IMG/VR virus record: IMGVR_UViG_3300032236_000596
Coordinates: 1 to 57,058 of that record
Direction: 5' to 3' (one strand)
DNA: 57,058 nucleotides
Origin: a virus
Lineage: Duplodnaviria; Caudoviricetes
Made by a program: the position numbers and the translations under genes. This document shows, piece after piece, positions 1-7,535 of the stretch. Numbering within the stretch: the stretch's first letter is position 1; each line of letters opens with the position of its first letter. A model generated the notes under the pieces. That model was not told the DNA's origin. It was given only the letters and a program-made list of their open reading frames with translations, and searched no databases.

Positions 1-171
1 ACCACAGAAGCCACACCAATCGAAGCCGAGACAGACGAGGATGCGATGTTTTCGGCTGTCGCCAAGATACTGAACCGTGCTCACGAGAACCCAGAGGGCG
101 TTTGGGGCAAGGGTGAAATCACCCTAAAGGATGAAGCAGGCGACACCGTAGCAGAAATGGCAGGTAAATAA
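1..171 (+). CDS. Partial small acidic protein (5' end outside window)
   Basis: Frame 1 is open to TAA at 169-171 (TTEATPIEAETDEDAMF...) and has the EA-x-x-(E/D)-(E/D)-A motif seen in neighbouring genes. Confidence 0.6.
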   Translation, partial: TTEATPIEAETDEDAMFSAVAKILNRAHENPEGVWGKGEITLKDEAGDTVAEMAGK

Positions 172-172
172 G

Positions 173-379
173 ATGATTAGAACCTATGACGACATATCAA
201 ACGCCGTAGACCACTGGGCGCTAGAAATCTTCAGGTCATACCCACTTGATAGGCTTGTGAACCTCAAGGCCGTATTCAACAAGCAAAAGCACGAGGCCGA
301 GCGTAATGGGGATGAGAAGGGCGCATTTGGCTCTCTAATCCTCGAACGCCTAGTTATCAGGGTTATTAGCGAACGATAA
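173..379 (+). CDS. Hypothetical protein
   Basis: 68-aa ORF directly after the upstream stop, followed by a terminator. Confidence 0.65.
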   Translation: MIRTYDDISNAVDHWALEIFRSYPLDRLVNLKAVFNKQKHEAERNGDEKGAFGSLILERLVIRVISER

Positions 380-391
380 CTAAAAACCCGC

Positions 392-433
392 CAGAGCGCC
401 TCACAGGGCTTCCTGTGGGGTGTTCTGCTTTCT
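392..433 (+). terminator. Intrinsic terminator-like hairpin
   Basis: cagagcgcctcacagg-gctt-cctgtggggtgttctg followed by ctttct. Confidence 0.6.
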
Positions 434-471
434 CAGGGAACTGGCAGAAAACTCACAGCAAACTCACAGAG

Positions 472-557
472 TTGTTGGGTTGGGCTGTTTATAAGTGCTG
501 TTGTGTGCCTACGCAAAAGCAGCTACGGCTACAGCTTTAAACAGCCCAACCCAACAA
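472..557. repeat. Palindromic element, copy 1
   Basis: Perfect 20-bp arms ttgttgggttgggctgttta (472-491) / taaacagcccaacccaacaa (538-557), extendable inward with bulges. Confidence 0.9.
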
Positions 558-577
558 ACCTGGGAACTGGCTGGGAA

Positions 578-596
578 CCTGTGAGTATCCTGTGAG
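578..596 (+). promoter_or_regulatory. 11-bp-phased CCTGTGAG direct-repeat pair
   Basis: CCTGTGAG at 578 and 589, with an inverted pair ACTCACAG at 451 and 462. The same pairing recurs at 1872/1883, 2609/2620, 3190/3201, 3912/3923, 3931/3942, 5627/5638 and 6023/6034. Confidence 0.75.
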
Positions 597-697
597 TTAT
601 CGAAAATAGGCTTGCCAGACTTGCGAGAGAGAGGGCGGTTTAGTAAGTTTGTCTTATCGGCACAGATGTTGCCGTGTAAGAGATAGGAAAAAACAAG

Positions 698-1699
698 ATG
701 GCCCACGCCCTCGAAATCAACGAAGCAACAGGCGAAACCGCATTTGCGCTACGCGGTGAGCCTGCATGGCACAAACTAGGCACCGTATTCGATGCCAACG
801 CCCACATCACCACCACCGAGATGCTAGAGATGGCACACCTCAATGACTGGGATGTTCGCCTAGAGGAACTGACCGTTCCCGAGGGCTACCGCTCAACAAC
901 CAAGCAACAGATGGTTTTGCGCACAAACCCGTTTGACCAAGGAACCGATGTTCTGGCAATTGTAGGCAACCGCTACAATGTCGTGCAGAACGAACACCTG
1001 TTTGCATTCGCCGACAACATCCTAGACGGTGGCGCAGACTGGGAATCGGCAGGCTCAATCAAGAATGGCAAGGTTGTTTTCGGTAGCCTTGTAGTTCCGC
1101 GAGAGTTCACCCTTGACCCAGAGGGCGCGAACGACAAGACCAAGACTTATCTGGTTGTTCACACCTCTCACGATGGCTCAACCGCGGTGCAGGCCAACAT
1201 CACGCCTGTGCGTGTTGTCTGCCAGAACACCCTGAACATGGCAATTCATGGCTCCAAGCAGTCTTTTAAGATTCGCCACACTGCAACCGTAGACGGCCGA
1301 ATCGATGAAGCGCGCCGAGTCTTGGGCTTGACTTTCGGCCACATGGATAAGTTCGAGGAGATGGCGCGCCAGATGTTCGAGACCGCAATCACCGATGCCC
1401 AGTTTGATAACCTTGTAAAGTCAATTTACGAGGAGCCAGAGCAGGGTTCGGCTAAGAGCGCGTTCACCGTTTGGAACGACAAGGTAGACCTGATTCACGA
1501 ACTCTACTCGAACGGAATCACCAACCAGAACATCACTGGAACCGCGTGGGGCGCGCTCAACGCCCTGACCGAGCGCATCGATTACTACCGAATCGGGCGC
1601 AAGGGTGGGGAAGCCATCGTTGCCGCGGCCTCGGGCTTTGACCCAGTGGTAAACGCCGAAAAGAACCGCATCCTCAACGCGGTTATGGCGATGGTCTAA
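698..1699 (+). CDS. DUF932 / TIGR03299-family phage-plasmid protein
   Basis: PAWHKLG, SHDGS and RVVCQNTL motifs; C-terminal GTAWGALNALTE; upstream SD. Confidence 0.85.
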   Translation: MAHALEINEATGETAFALRGEPAWHKLGTVFDANAHITTTEMLEMAHLNDWDVRLEELTVPEGYRSTTKQQMVLRTNPFDQGTDVLAIVGNRYNVVQNEHLFAFADNILDGGADWESAGSIKNGKVVFGSLVVPREFTLDPEGANDKTKTYLVVHTSHDGSTAVQANITPVRVVCQNTLNMAIHGSKQSFKIRHTATVDGRIDEARRVLGLTFGHMDKFEEMARQMFETAITDAQFDNLVKSIYEEPEQGSAKSAFTVWNDKVDLIHELYSNGITNQNITGTAWGALNALTERIDYYRIGRKGGEAIVAAASGFDPVVNAEKNRILNAVMAMV

Positions 1700-1710
1700 A
1701 CAACCGCCAG

Positions 1711-1741
1711 AACCCCTCCTAGCCTCGCTAGGGGGGTTTCT
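1711..1741 (+). terminator. Intrinsic terminator
   Basis: aacccctcctagc-ctc-gctaggggggtt followed by tct, directly after the DUF932 stop. Confidence 0.65.
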
Positions 1742-1764
1742 GCGTTCCCAGGGAACTCACAGAT

Positions 1765-1846
1765 TTGCTGGGTTGGATGCCTATTAGCCTAGCGATGCGA
1801 AGCGCGCAAAAAAGGCCCTTAGGCTAATAGGCATCCAACCCAACAA
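1765..1846. repeat. Palindromic element, copy 2
   Basis: 27-bp arms 1765-1791 / 1820-1846 with one mismatch in the outer part; 28-nt loop. Confidence 0.9.
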
Positions 1847-1904
1847 GCCTATTATCAGCAAACTCCCAGTTTCTGTGAGGTTCCTGTGAATAGGGCAGAA
1901 ATGC

Positions 1905-1933
1905 TTGGTAGGCGTGTCTAACTGCCCTACTAT
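1905..1933 (+). promoter_or_regulatory. Sigma-70/SigA-type promoter
   Basis: TTGGTA-N17-TACTAT downstream of the CCTGTGA pair. Confidence 0.55.
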
Positions 1934-1970
1934 GGAGATACATAGGAAACGCAAACAGAAAGGCAAGACT

Positions 1971-2411
1971 ATGTGGGAGAACCAAGAGAACAACGAGAAC
2001 CAGACCGAGGCCGAGGCCGAGGTTATCAAGCCAACTTACGAGCAGTTGGAGGAGGGCTACAAGACCCTCGAACTACAAATCAAGATGTTGACCGAGGGCC
2101 GAGATGGGTGGCGCAACCGCTACACCGAGGCATCGGGCAGGGTTGAGGAACTCAACACCTACCTGACCGACAACTGGGAGGAACTGGGCGACCACGCCGA
2201 GACCATCGCAGACATCTTCGGTCTGGAAACCACGATTACCAAGACCGTTCGCTGGTCTGTGGAAATCGAGATGAACATCTCGGCCAGCCGCAACTTCGAC
2301 TTCGACAGCCTTGACGAGGGCGACTTCTACATCGATGTAAGCAACCGAGGCGGAAACGACATCGAAATCGAAGATGTCGACTGGTCAGGCACGGACATCT
2401 CGGTAGATTAG
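1971..2411 (+). CDS. Hypothetical acidic coiled-coil protein
   Basis: ATG at 1971 follows an AGAAAGG SD; the longer ORF-track start at 1905 overlaps the promoter. Confidence 0.75.
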   Translation: MWENQENNENQTEAEAEVIKPTYEQLEEGYKTLELQIKMLTEGRDGWRNRYTEASGRVEELNTYLTDNWEELGDHAETIADIFGLETTITKTVRWSVEIEMNISASRNFDFDSLDEGDFYIDVSNRGGNDIEIEDVDWSGTDISVD

Positions 2412-2467
2412 CAAGATTGGTAAGGGGCGGGCCTAGGTCTGTGAGCCTAGCGCCCCTTATCTCCCTT

Positions 2468-2511
2468 TCCCCCGTAGGAGCACCCCCTCGCTCCTACGGG
2501 GGATTTCTTTT
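2468..2511 (+). terminator. Intrinsic terminator
   Basis: tcccccgtaggagc-accccctc-gctcctacggggga followed by tttctttt. Confidence 0.75.
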
Positions 2512-2592
2512 GCTGGGTTGGCTGTCTATTGCTGTAGCGGGCCGTTTTCCGCTCGCATAGCTCTTTACAGCAATAGACAGCCAACCTAACAA
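2510..2592. repeat. Palindromic element, copy 3
   Basis: 27-bp arms 2510-2536 / 2566-2592 with a perfect inner 15 bp; 29-nt loop. Confidence 0.9.
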
Positions 2593-2699
2593 GTCTGTTA
2601 TCCCCAATCCTTAGAGTTTCCTGTGAATTGGTCTGCGCAGGTGGCTTTTAGAGAGAGGCCGTGTAATGTAGTAATACCACCCACGAGAGAGGAAACCAA

Positions 2700-3188
2700 A
2701 TGGGATTGGACATGTATCTATCGGCACGAAAGTATGTTGCCAAGGTTGATTGGGAACAGACACGCAAAGACCCTGATAGCCCTTATGTAATCACCGAGGA
2801 TTACAAGGCTGTTATGGCACTAGCACCAGAGGGAATTGACGAACTCGCCGATGTATCTGGCGCAAACATAGAGTTCCCTATCGGGTATTGGCGCAAAGCC
2901 AATGCTATCCACGGCTGGATTGTTGAGAACTGCGCTGGTGGCGAGGACAACTGCCAACCAGTTCGCCTGCCTCTTGGCAAGTTGATGGAACTATCTGCCC
3001 TTGTTGATGAGGTCTTGGAGTCAAAGAACGCAGGCCTATTACCTCCTGCCGAGGGCTTTTTCTTCGGCACTTACGAGATTGACGAGTGGTATTTCTCTTA
3101 CTTAGAGAAAACCAAGGCTATTATGGACAAGGCCAAGGTTCTTGCCGACAGCGCACAATACGACATCTACTATCAGGCAAGTTGGTAA
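2700..3188 (+). CDS. Conserved phage hypothetical protein (MGLDMYL...YWRKAN family)
   Basis: MGLDMYL start, GYWRKANAIHGW, GFFFG and YYQASW end; AGAGAGGAAA SD. Confidence 0.8.
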   Translation: MGLDMYLSARKYVAKVDWEQTRKDPDSPYVITEDYKAVMALAPEGIDELADVSGANIEFPIGYWRKANAIHGWIVENCAGGEDNCQPVRLPLGKLMELSALVDEVLESKNAGLLPPAEGFFFGTYEIDEWYFSYLEKTKAIMDKAKVLADSAQYDIYYQASW

Positions 3189-3258
3189 TCCTGTGAGTTC
3201 CCTGAGAATTGACCTCGACACGCTCAAAATGTCGCACCCCACTAATAAGGTAGGAAGT

Positions 3259-3585
3259 ATGAAAACACTAAACAGAAACGGTATCGCCAAGCGATACGGG
3301 GTAGATTACTCAACTGTGTTCGGCTGGACTAAGGACACCTCGTTCCCAGCCTCTATTGGTAAGCGCAAGCACGGGGCGTTGTTTTGGAACGCCAATGAAG
3401 TCTATGCTTGGGTATCAACCAACCGCCCTCATAACAAAATGGTTAAGGTAATCAAGGTGGCAACACCAGTAGAACCTATCCAGCCTGTTATCCAGCCAAG
3501 CACCACCACCTTGGAGGTAATCAACCTCCTGCTCAAAGACGACAAGGCCAAGCAGCGTCTGGTCTTGGACTTGCTACTAGACTAG
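3259..3585 (+). CDS. Xis/AlpA-like winged-helix DNA-binding protein
   Basis: IAKRYGVDYSTVFGW...FP...W...EV..W pattern; ATG at 3259 after a TAAGGTAGGA SD. Confidence 0.7.
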   Translation: MKTLNRNGIAKRYGVDYSTVFGWTKDTSFPASIGKRKHGALFWNANEVYAWVSTNRPHNKMVKVIKVATPVEPIQPVIQPSTTTLEVINLLLKDDKAKQRLVLDLLLD

Positions 3586-3594
3586 GGGGTGAGT

Positions 3595-3672
3595 ATGGCA
3601 ACTCCAAAGACCCCAAAGCCTAAGCAAGGCAACGGCGCAACAATTAGGATTACTGACGGCAGACGAAAGTAA
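3595..3672 (+). CDS. Putative 25-aa basic micropeptide
   Basis: MATPKTPKPKQGNGATIRITDGRRK with a GGGGGTGA SD. Confidence 0.4.
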   Translation: MATPKTPKPKQGNGATIRITDGRRK

Positions 3673-3813
3673 TCTGGCTAAACTCCCCGCCCGCCCACTC
3701 GCGAACACGAAAGCGGGCGGGGGTTTCCAGCCCCCACAGGCTCACAGCGTTGGAGACGCCTCACTTATTGAGGCTTCGATGCGTGAGACCTGTGGGGGTT
3801 CTCCTTATCAGGC

Positions 3814-3894
3814 TTGTTGGGTTGGCTTCTATTCGGCTATAAAGCTGTTTTTGTGGGCATGGCCCTCATAGCCGAATAGAAGCCAACCCAGCAA
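3814..3894. repeat. Palindromic element, copy 4
   Basis: 27-bp arms 3814-3840 / 3868-3894 with one T.G pair in the outer part; 27-nt loop. Confidence 0.9.
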
Positions 3895-4035
3895 GTTTAT
3901 TATCATGCTTACCTGGGAGTTCCCTGAGAACCTGGCAGTTTCCTGTGAATGTGTCGCAAGAGGTGTCGGGAACTGGCATTTGCCTATCTAAGAGAGTAAT
4001 GTCGTATTTGTAATCCCAACAGAGAGGAAACCTAA

Positions 4036-4248
4036 ATGGGAAAGCGGTATGTAATCACCAGCACTATCGAGTTCGGCTACGAAAGCGACCACGGCGAGTT
4101 CGCCAGTATGGAGGAGGCAGAGGCGTTCGCAGGCAACTACGACAACCTTATGTATTACGCCGTAGACAGCCAAGACATTGAGGAAATCGAAACTTGCGAC
4201 GACTGCGAGCAGGACTTGGATGCCTGCGACTGCGAGGAGGAGGAGTAA
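4036..4248 (+). CDS. Small acidic hypothetical protein
   Basis: AGAGAGGAAA SD; C-terminal CxxC...CxC. Confidence 0.75.
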   Translation: MGKRYVITSTIEFGYESDHGEFASMEEAEAFAGNYDNLMYYAVDSQDIEEIETCDDCEQDLDACDCEEEE

Positions 4249-4427
4249 TGGCTACCTTTGTAGTTCAGGTAAACGAACTTATTATCCACACAACAGAGGT
4301 GGAGGCCAGCACCGAGGAGGAGGCTCGCCAACTGGGTATCGGCATTATCCTTGACGGGCCAGACACCCTTTACAACACCGACAGCGATGGTATCCAGGCT
4401 ATTTATGTATACGGGGAGAACGACTAA
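4248..4427 (+). CDS. Small acidic protein, DpnD/PcfM-like
   Basis: TAATG stop-start coupling; TEVEASTEEEA motif. Confidence 0.7.
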   Translation: MATFVVQVNELIIHTTEVEASTEEEARQLGIGIILDGPDTLYNTDSDGIQAIYVYGEND

Positions 4428-4681
4428 TGCGCGATTACTACCCATACTGCGAGAGGTGCTTGGAGAAACCAGCACCAGACGCCAAAGAGTTCTACGACTA
4501 CCGCTTTGATAAGCCTATTTGTCTATCCTGCGTTGAGGAGTATGGCTTAGAGCCAACTTCTTGTGGACACTCTAAGTTGGAATGCCCTAAGCACGGAGGC
4601 GCATTTGATTGTACGCCGTTCTGCCAAGTATGCGAGGGCAATCAGGAATACTGCCCGTTCTGCGATTACAAGGCGGAATAA
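4427..4681 (+). CDS. Cys-rich zinc-binding hypothetical protein
   Basis: Multiple CxxC motifs; TAATG coupling. Confidence 0.7.
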   Translation: MRDYYPYCERCLEKPAPDAKEFYDYRFDKPICLSCVEEYGLEPTSCGHSKLECPKHGGAFDCTPFCQVCEGNQEYCPFCDYKAE

Positions 4682-4830
4682 TGAATATCAAGCCTAATAA
4701 AGTCAATGTAATCGTCTGCCCAGCCTGTAAGGACACGGCAGAGATAGATACCCGAAACGGCGGTATCAAGATAACGCCCTGTTCCTGTGTAATTGCTGAG
4801 GAACTAGACAACTACACCACCAAGCAGTAA
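4681..4830 (+). CDS. Small zinc-ribbon protein
   Basis: CPAC...CSC; TAATG coupling. Confidence 0.6.
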   Translation: MNIKPNKVNVIVCPACKDTAEIDTRNGGIKITPCSCVIAEELDNYTTKQ

Positions 4831-4855
4831 AGTAATCACAGAGAGGAAACACGAA

Positions 4856-5089
4856 ATGGAATACGAAGTACAGCAAAAGGCCACCGTTTGGTACAAGATT
4901 ACGGTGGAGGCTAATAGCCCTATTGAGGCTATCGAGAAAGTACAAGAAAGCATCCACCTTACTGATGCGGAGAACGCCTCTTGGTGGCTTATCCAAGACA
5001 GCGAGGAGTTCCAAGACGAGTACTGGACAGAGGAAACTGGCCTCTACGATGGCAAGACTGGTACATACGAAAATCAGGCGGATAACTAA
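4856..5089 (+). CDS. Small acidic protein, DpnD/PcfM-like
   Basis: ITVEANSPIEA motif; AGAGAGGAAA SD. Confidence 0.75.
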   Translation: MEYEVQQKATVWYKITVEANSPIEAIEKVQESIHLTDAENASWWLIQDSEEFQDEYWTEETGLYDGKTGTYENQADN

Positions 5090-5254
5090 ATGGGTAAGTT
5101 CTTGATACAAAAGCGTGTCTTTGAGGACTACGAGGCAGTCGTTGAGGCGGAAAACGAGGATGAAGTCTATGACCTTGTTGCCAATGACGAAGTTGAGTGG
5201 CAGTTCATAGCCAGCGATGATGACGGGCTTATTATCGAGGAGTACAATGAGTAA
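5090..5254 (+). CDS. Small acidic protein, DpnD/PcfM-like (54 aa, not in ORF track)
   Basis: MGKFLIQKRVFEDYEAVVEAENEDEVYDLV..., directly after the previous stop. Confidence 0.7.
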   Translation: MGKFLIQKRVFEDYEAVVEAENEDEVYDLVANDEVEWQFIASDDDGLIIEEYNE

Positions 5255-5342
5255 GCACAGATACCCAATAAGCCCATTAGAGGTAGTAATTTCGGCCCTT
5301 GGCAGGATTATTATCCGCCTTACAGAGATACACGCAGTCCTA

Positions 5343-5371
5343 TTGACTAGACAGGGTAGAAAGAGTAGGAT
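5343..5371 (+). promoter_or_regulatory. Sigma-70/SigA-type promoter
   Basis: TTGACT-N17-TAGGAT. Confidence 0.65.
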
Positions 5372-5377
5372 GTAGTA

Positions 5378-5490
5378 AAGACTTGCGGTAGCGGACCCCT
5401 TCCCCCTACCGCACCAACGCTGGGCTTCTATCCTTTCTGTGCCCAGCCGAGAGCCCCCAGGTGCCCCCTATCCGCCTGGGGGCTCTCTTT
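5378..5490 (+). ncRNA. Candidate three-hairpin small RNA
   Basis: Follows the promoter. Stems at 5384-5391/5406-5413, 5419-5425/5441-5447 and 5449-5463/5473-5487, then TTT. No SD-led ORF. Confidence 0.55.
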
Positions 5491-5491
5491 A

Positions 5492-5507
5492 TGTTTCACG
5501 TGAACCA
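5492..5507. promoter_or_regulatory. parS-like site
   Basis: TGTTTCACGTGAACCA, a 15/16 match to the parS consensus TGTTTCACGTGAAACA. Confidence 0.65.
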
Positions 5508-5529
5508 AAACAAGCCTATTACGCCGAAA

Positions 5530-5612
5530 TTGCTGGGTTGGAAGCCTTTATGCCTAAGAGCCGTTTTTGCTCGCTCCGCACCGCATAGGCATAAAGGCTT
5601 CCAACCTAACAA
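5530..5612. repeat. Palindromic element, copy 5
   Basis: 27-bp arms 5530-5556 / 5586-5612 with a perfect inner 15 bp; 29-nt loop. Confidence 0.9.
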
Positions 5613-5663
5613 GTTTATTACGGTTTCCTGTGAATTCCCTGTGAATACGGCGTGTCGGCTTGA

Positions 5664-5959
5664 CCATAGAGAGAGGAGAGAGTAAGCTACGCCGGCCAGG
5701 GGCTCGAATTATAACGATTTGATAACGGGGGTTGCCATTTCCCCATAGAGAGAGTAAGGTATGCCACCCCGCCATAGAGAGAGGAGATAATAGGGCTGTT
5801 TAGGCTACTGCCTAGAACTTAATAGGCTTGCGTAGGGATAAGGCCAGATTTACAGCCTGTTTCGGCTGAAACATAGTTGCTATGACTATTGACTTATCGG
5901 TCTCTATGGTGTAAGTGCTACAACCAATATAAACCCTCTCTCTAGATGTATCTCTATGG
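5664..5959. repeat. CCATAGAGAGAG repeat cluster
   Basis: Direct copies at 5664, 5743 and 5772; inverted partial copies TCTCTATGG at 5901 and 5951. Confidence 0.75.
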
Positions 5960-6143
5960 ACTAGAGGTGGAATTAGTAATGCGCCCTTTCCCTTTCCTGA
6001 TGAGCAGGGCTATGCGAGAGAACCTGAGAGTTTCCTGTGAGATACAGAAATGCCTTGTTCTAATACCTGAATAACCCACTAAAATCGAGAGGTGGCAGAA
6101 AGTCTGCCCAGACCGCACACAGAAAGCGAGAGTGAGAGCGATT

Positions 6144-7535
6144 ATGAGCATCGCCCTACTTATCCAAAGCAACACCGATAACGGAGTTCTACAGACTGTT
6201 ATCGTTCCTACTAACCGAGAGGTCCTTACGTTCCACCGCCTCTCTACGGGCTTGCGAGGTCGTGCCTCACGCTGGCAGACCGCAGACCTAGACACCTTGC
6301 CAAGCGCACCTACCACCTACGCACCTGTAAGTGTCGTGCTATCGCCTAAAGATGTCGCAAACGCCGAACTGGGCAACATCACCGCCCTCTCGGTCAAGTT
6401 GCTCGGTATCCCTACCGACAGCGGAATTGACCCTGTGCCTCACAATGAGCAGGTGGCAGAACTTGTTGAGGCGCTATTCTCTGGCGACAGCGACTTGCTA
6501 AACAAGTTTGTTAGCGACAACCGCCGAAAGAACCCAATGGTGTTCGACCCTATCGGCGAACTGACCACCGCCTACTTTCCAGCAATCGCACCCGTAGAGG
6601 AAACCAAGCCTGTTATGGCAGAACCAGCACCAGCGCCAATTCCTGACCCAGCACCAGCCAAGACCTCGGTGGCTATGCCTACCGAACTTGCTAAAGTGCC
6701 AGACAGCAAGTGGGCAGAGACCTACCTCCACCGAGACGTAGTGAGCAAGGTTAGCGAGTTTGCTATCTATGACGTGGCTATGGCGAACCACCAGAACGTC
6801 ATTATCGAGGGTCCAGCAGGTTCGGGCAAGACAATGAGTATCCTCGCCTATGCGAGTGAGCGTGGCTACCGCTACTACAACGTATCGGCGAACGTAGGAC
6901 TAGAACCAAGCCACCTATTCGGCGCTTGGACACCTACCGAGACCGCTGGCGTATTCACTTGGCAAGACGGACCAGTAACCGACCTCGTTCGACACGGAGG
7001 CGTGCTGTTGCTAAACGAAATTGACTTTATGCCCGAGCGAATTACTACAGTCCTATTTGGCTTGCTAGATGACCGCCGAGAAATCCAGTTGCTTGAGCGT
7101 GGTGGCGAGGTAATCAAGGCGCACCCGAACCTCCTAATCGTGGGCGACCACAACCCGAACTACCGAGGCAGTCGCCCGATGAACCAAGCGTGGAAAGACC
7201 GCTTTGCCCACAAGTTGTCGTTTGGATACGACAAGTCAATCGAACGCAAACTTATTAAGTCCAAGACCTTGCTTGAGGTCGCCGACAAGTTGCGCCAGTC
7301 GCACGACAAGGGCGAAATCGACACGCCAGTATCGACCAGAGGTTTAATAGCCTTTGTAAAGAACGTTGAGAACCTCGGTCTCGACTACGCCCTGACCTCC
7401 TACGTCAATGGCTTTGGCGTAGACGAGCGTGAGGGCGTGAAGTTGGTGCTGGACACCTTTAAGGCAGGTCTCGGCAAGGACTTTGGCGTTGAGGTCAAGA
7501 CCAGCACCAAGCAAGCAGACGAGGACCAGAACTAA
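6144..7535 (+). CDS. MoxR/CbbQ/CobS-family AAA+ ATPase
   Basis: Walker A GPAGSGKT, Walker B LLLNEID, WQDGPV, NPNYRG and AWKDRF. Confidence 0.9.
   Translation: MSIALLIQSNTDNGVLQTVIVPTNREVLTFHRLSTGLRGRASRWQTADLDTLPSAPTTYAPVSVVLSPKDVANAELGNITALSVKLLGIPTDSGIDPVPHNEQVAELVEALFSGDSDLLNKFVSDNRRKNPMVFDPIGELTTAYFPAIAPVEETKPVMAEPAPAPIPDPAPAKTSVAMPTELAKVPDSKWAETYLHRDVVSKVSEFAIYDVAMANHQNVIIEGPAGSGKTMSILAYASERGYRYYNVSANVGLEPSHLFGAWTPTETAGVFTWQDGPVTDLVRHGGVLLLNEIDFMPERITTVLFGLLDDRREIQLLERGGEVIKAHPNLLIVGDHNPNYRGSRPMNQAWKDRFAHKLSFGYDKSIERKLIKSKTLLEVADKLRQSHDKGEIDTPVSTRGLIAFVKNVENLGLDYALTSYVNGFGVDEREGVKLVLDTFKAGLGKDFGVEVKTSTKQADEDQN

Noticed and set aside
472-5612. Palindromic elements as canonical integron attC sites
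   Set aside because: attC runs RYYYAAC...GTTRRRY with extrahelical bases. Here GTT is on the left arm and AAC on the right, the inner stems of copies 2-5 have no bulges, and no intI is visible.
472-5612. Palindromic elements as a CRISPR or TIGR array, or as simple terminators
   Set aside because: Copies are separated by 0.7-1.7 kb of genes, loops are about 28 nt, there is no U-tract, and separate terminator-like hairpins already precede them.
5461-5685. ORFs 5461-5685 (+) and 1784-2029 (-) sharing LLGW...LRA.FAR
   Set aside because: The similarity is only the translation of the palindromic element in opposite orientations, and neither ORF has an SD.
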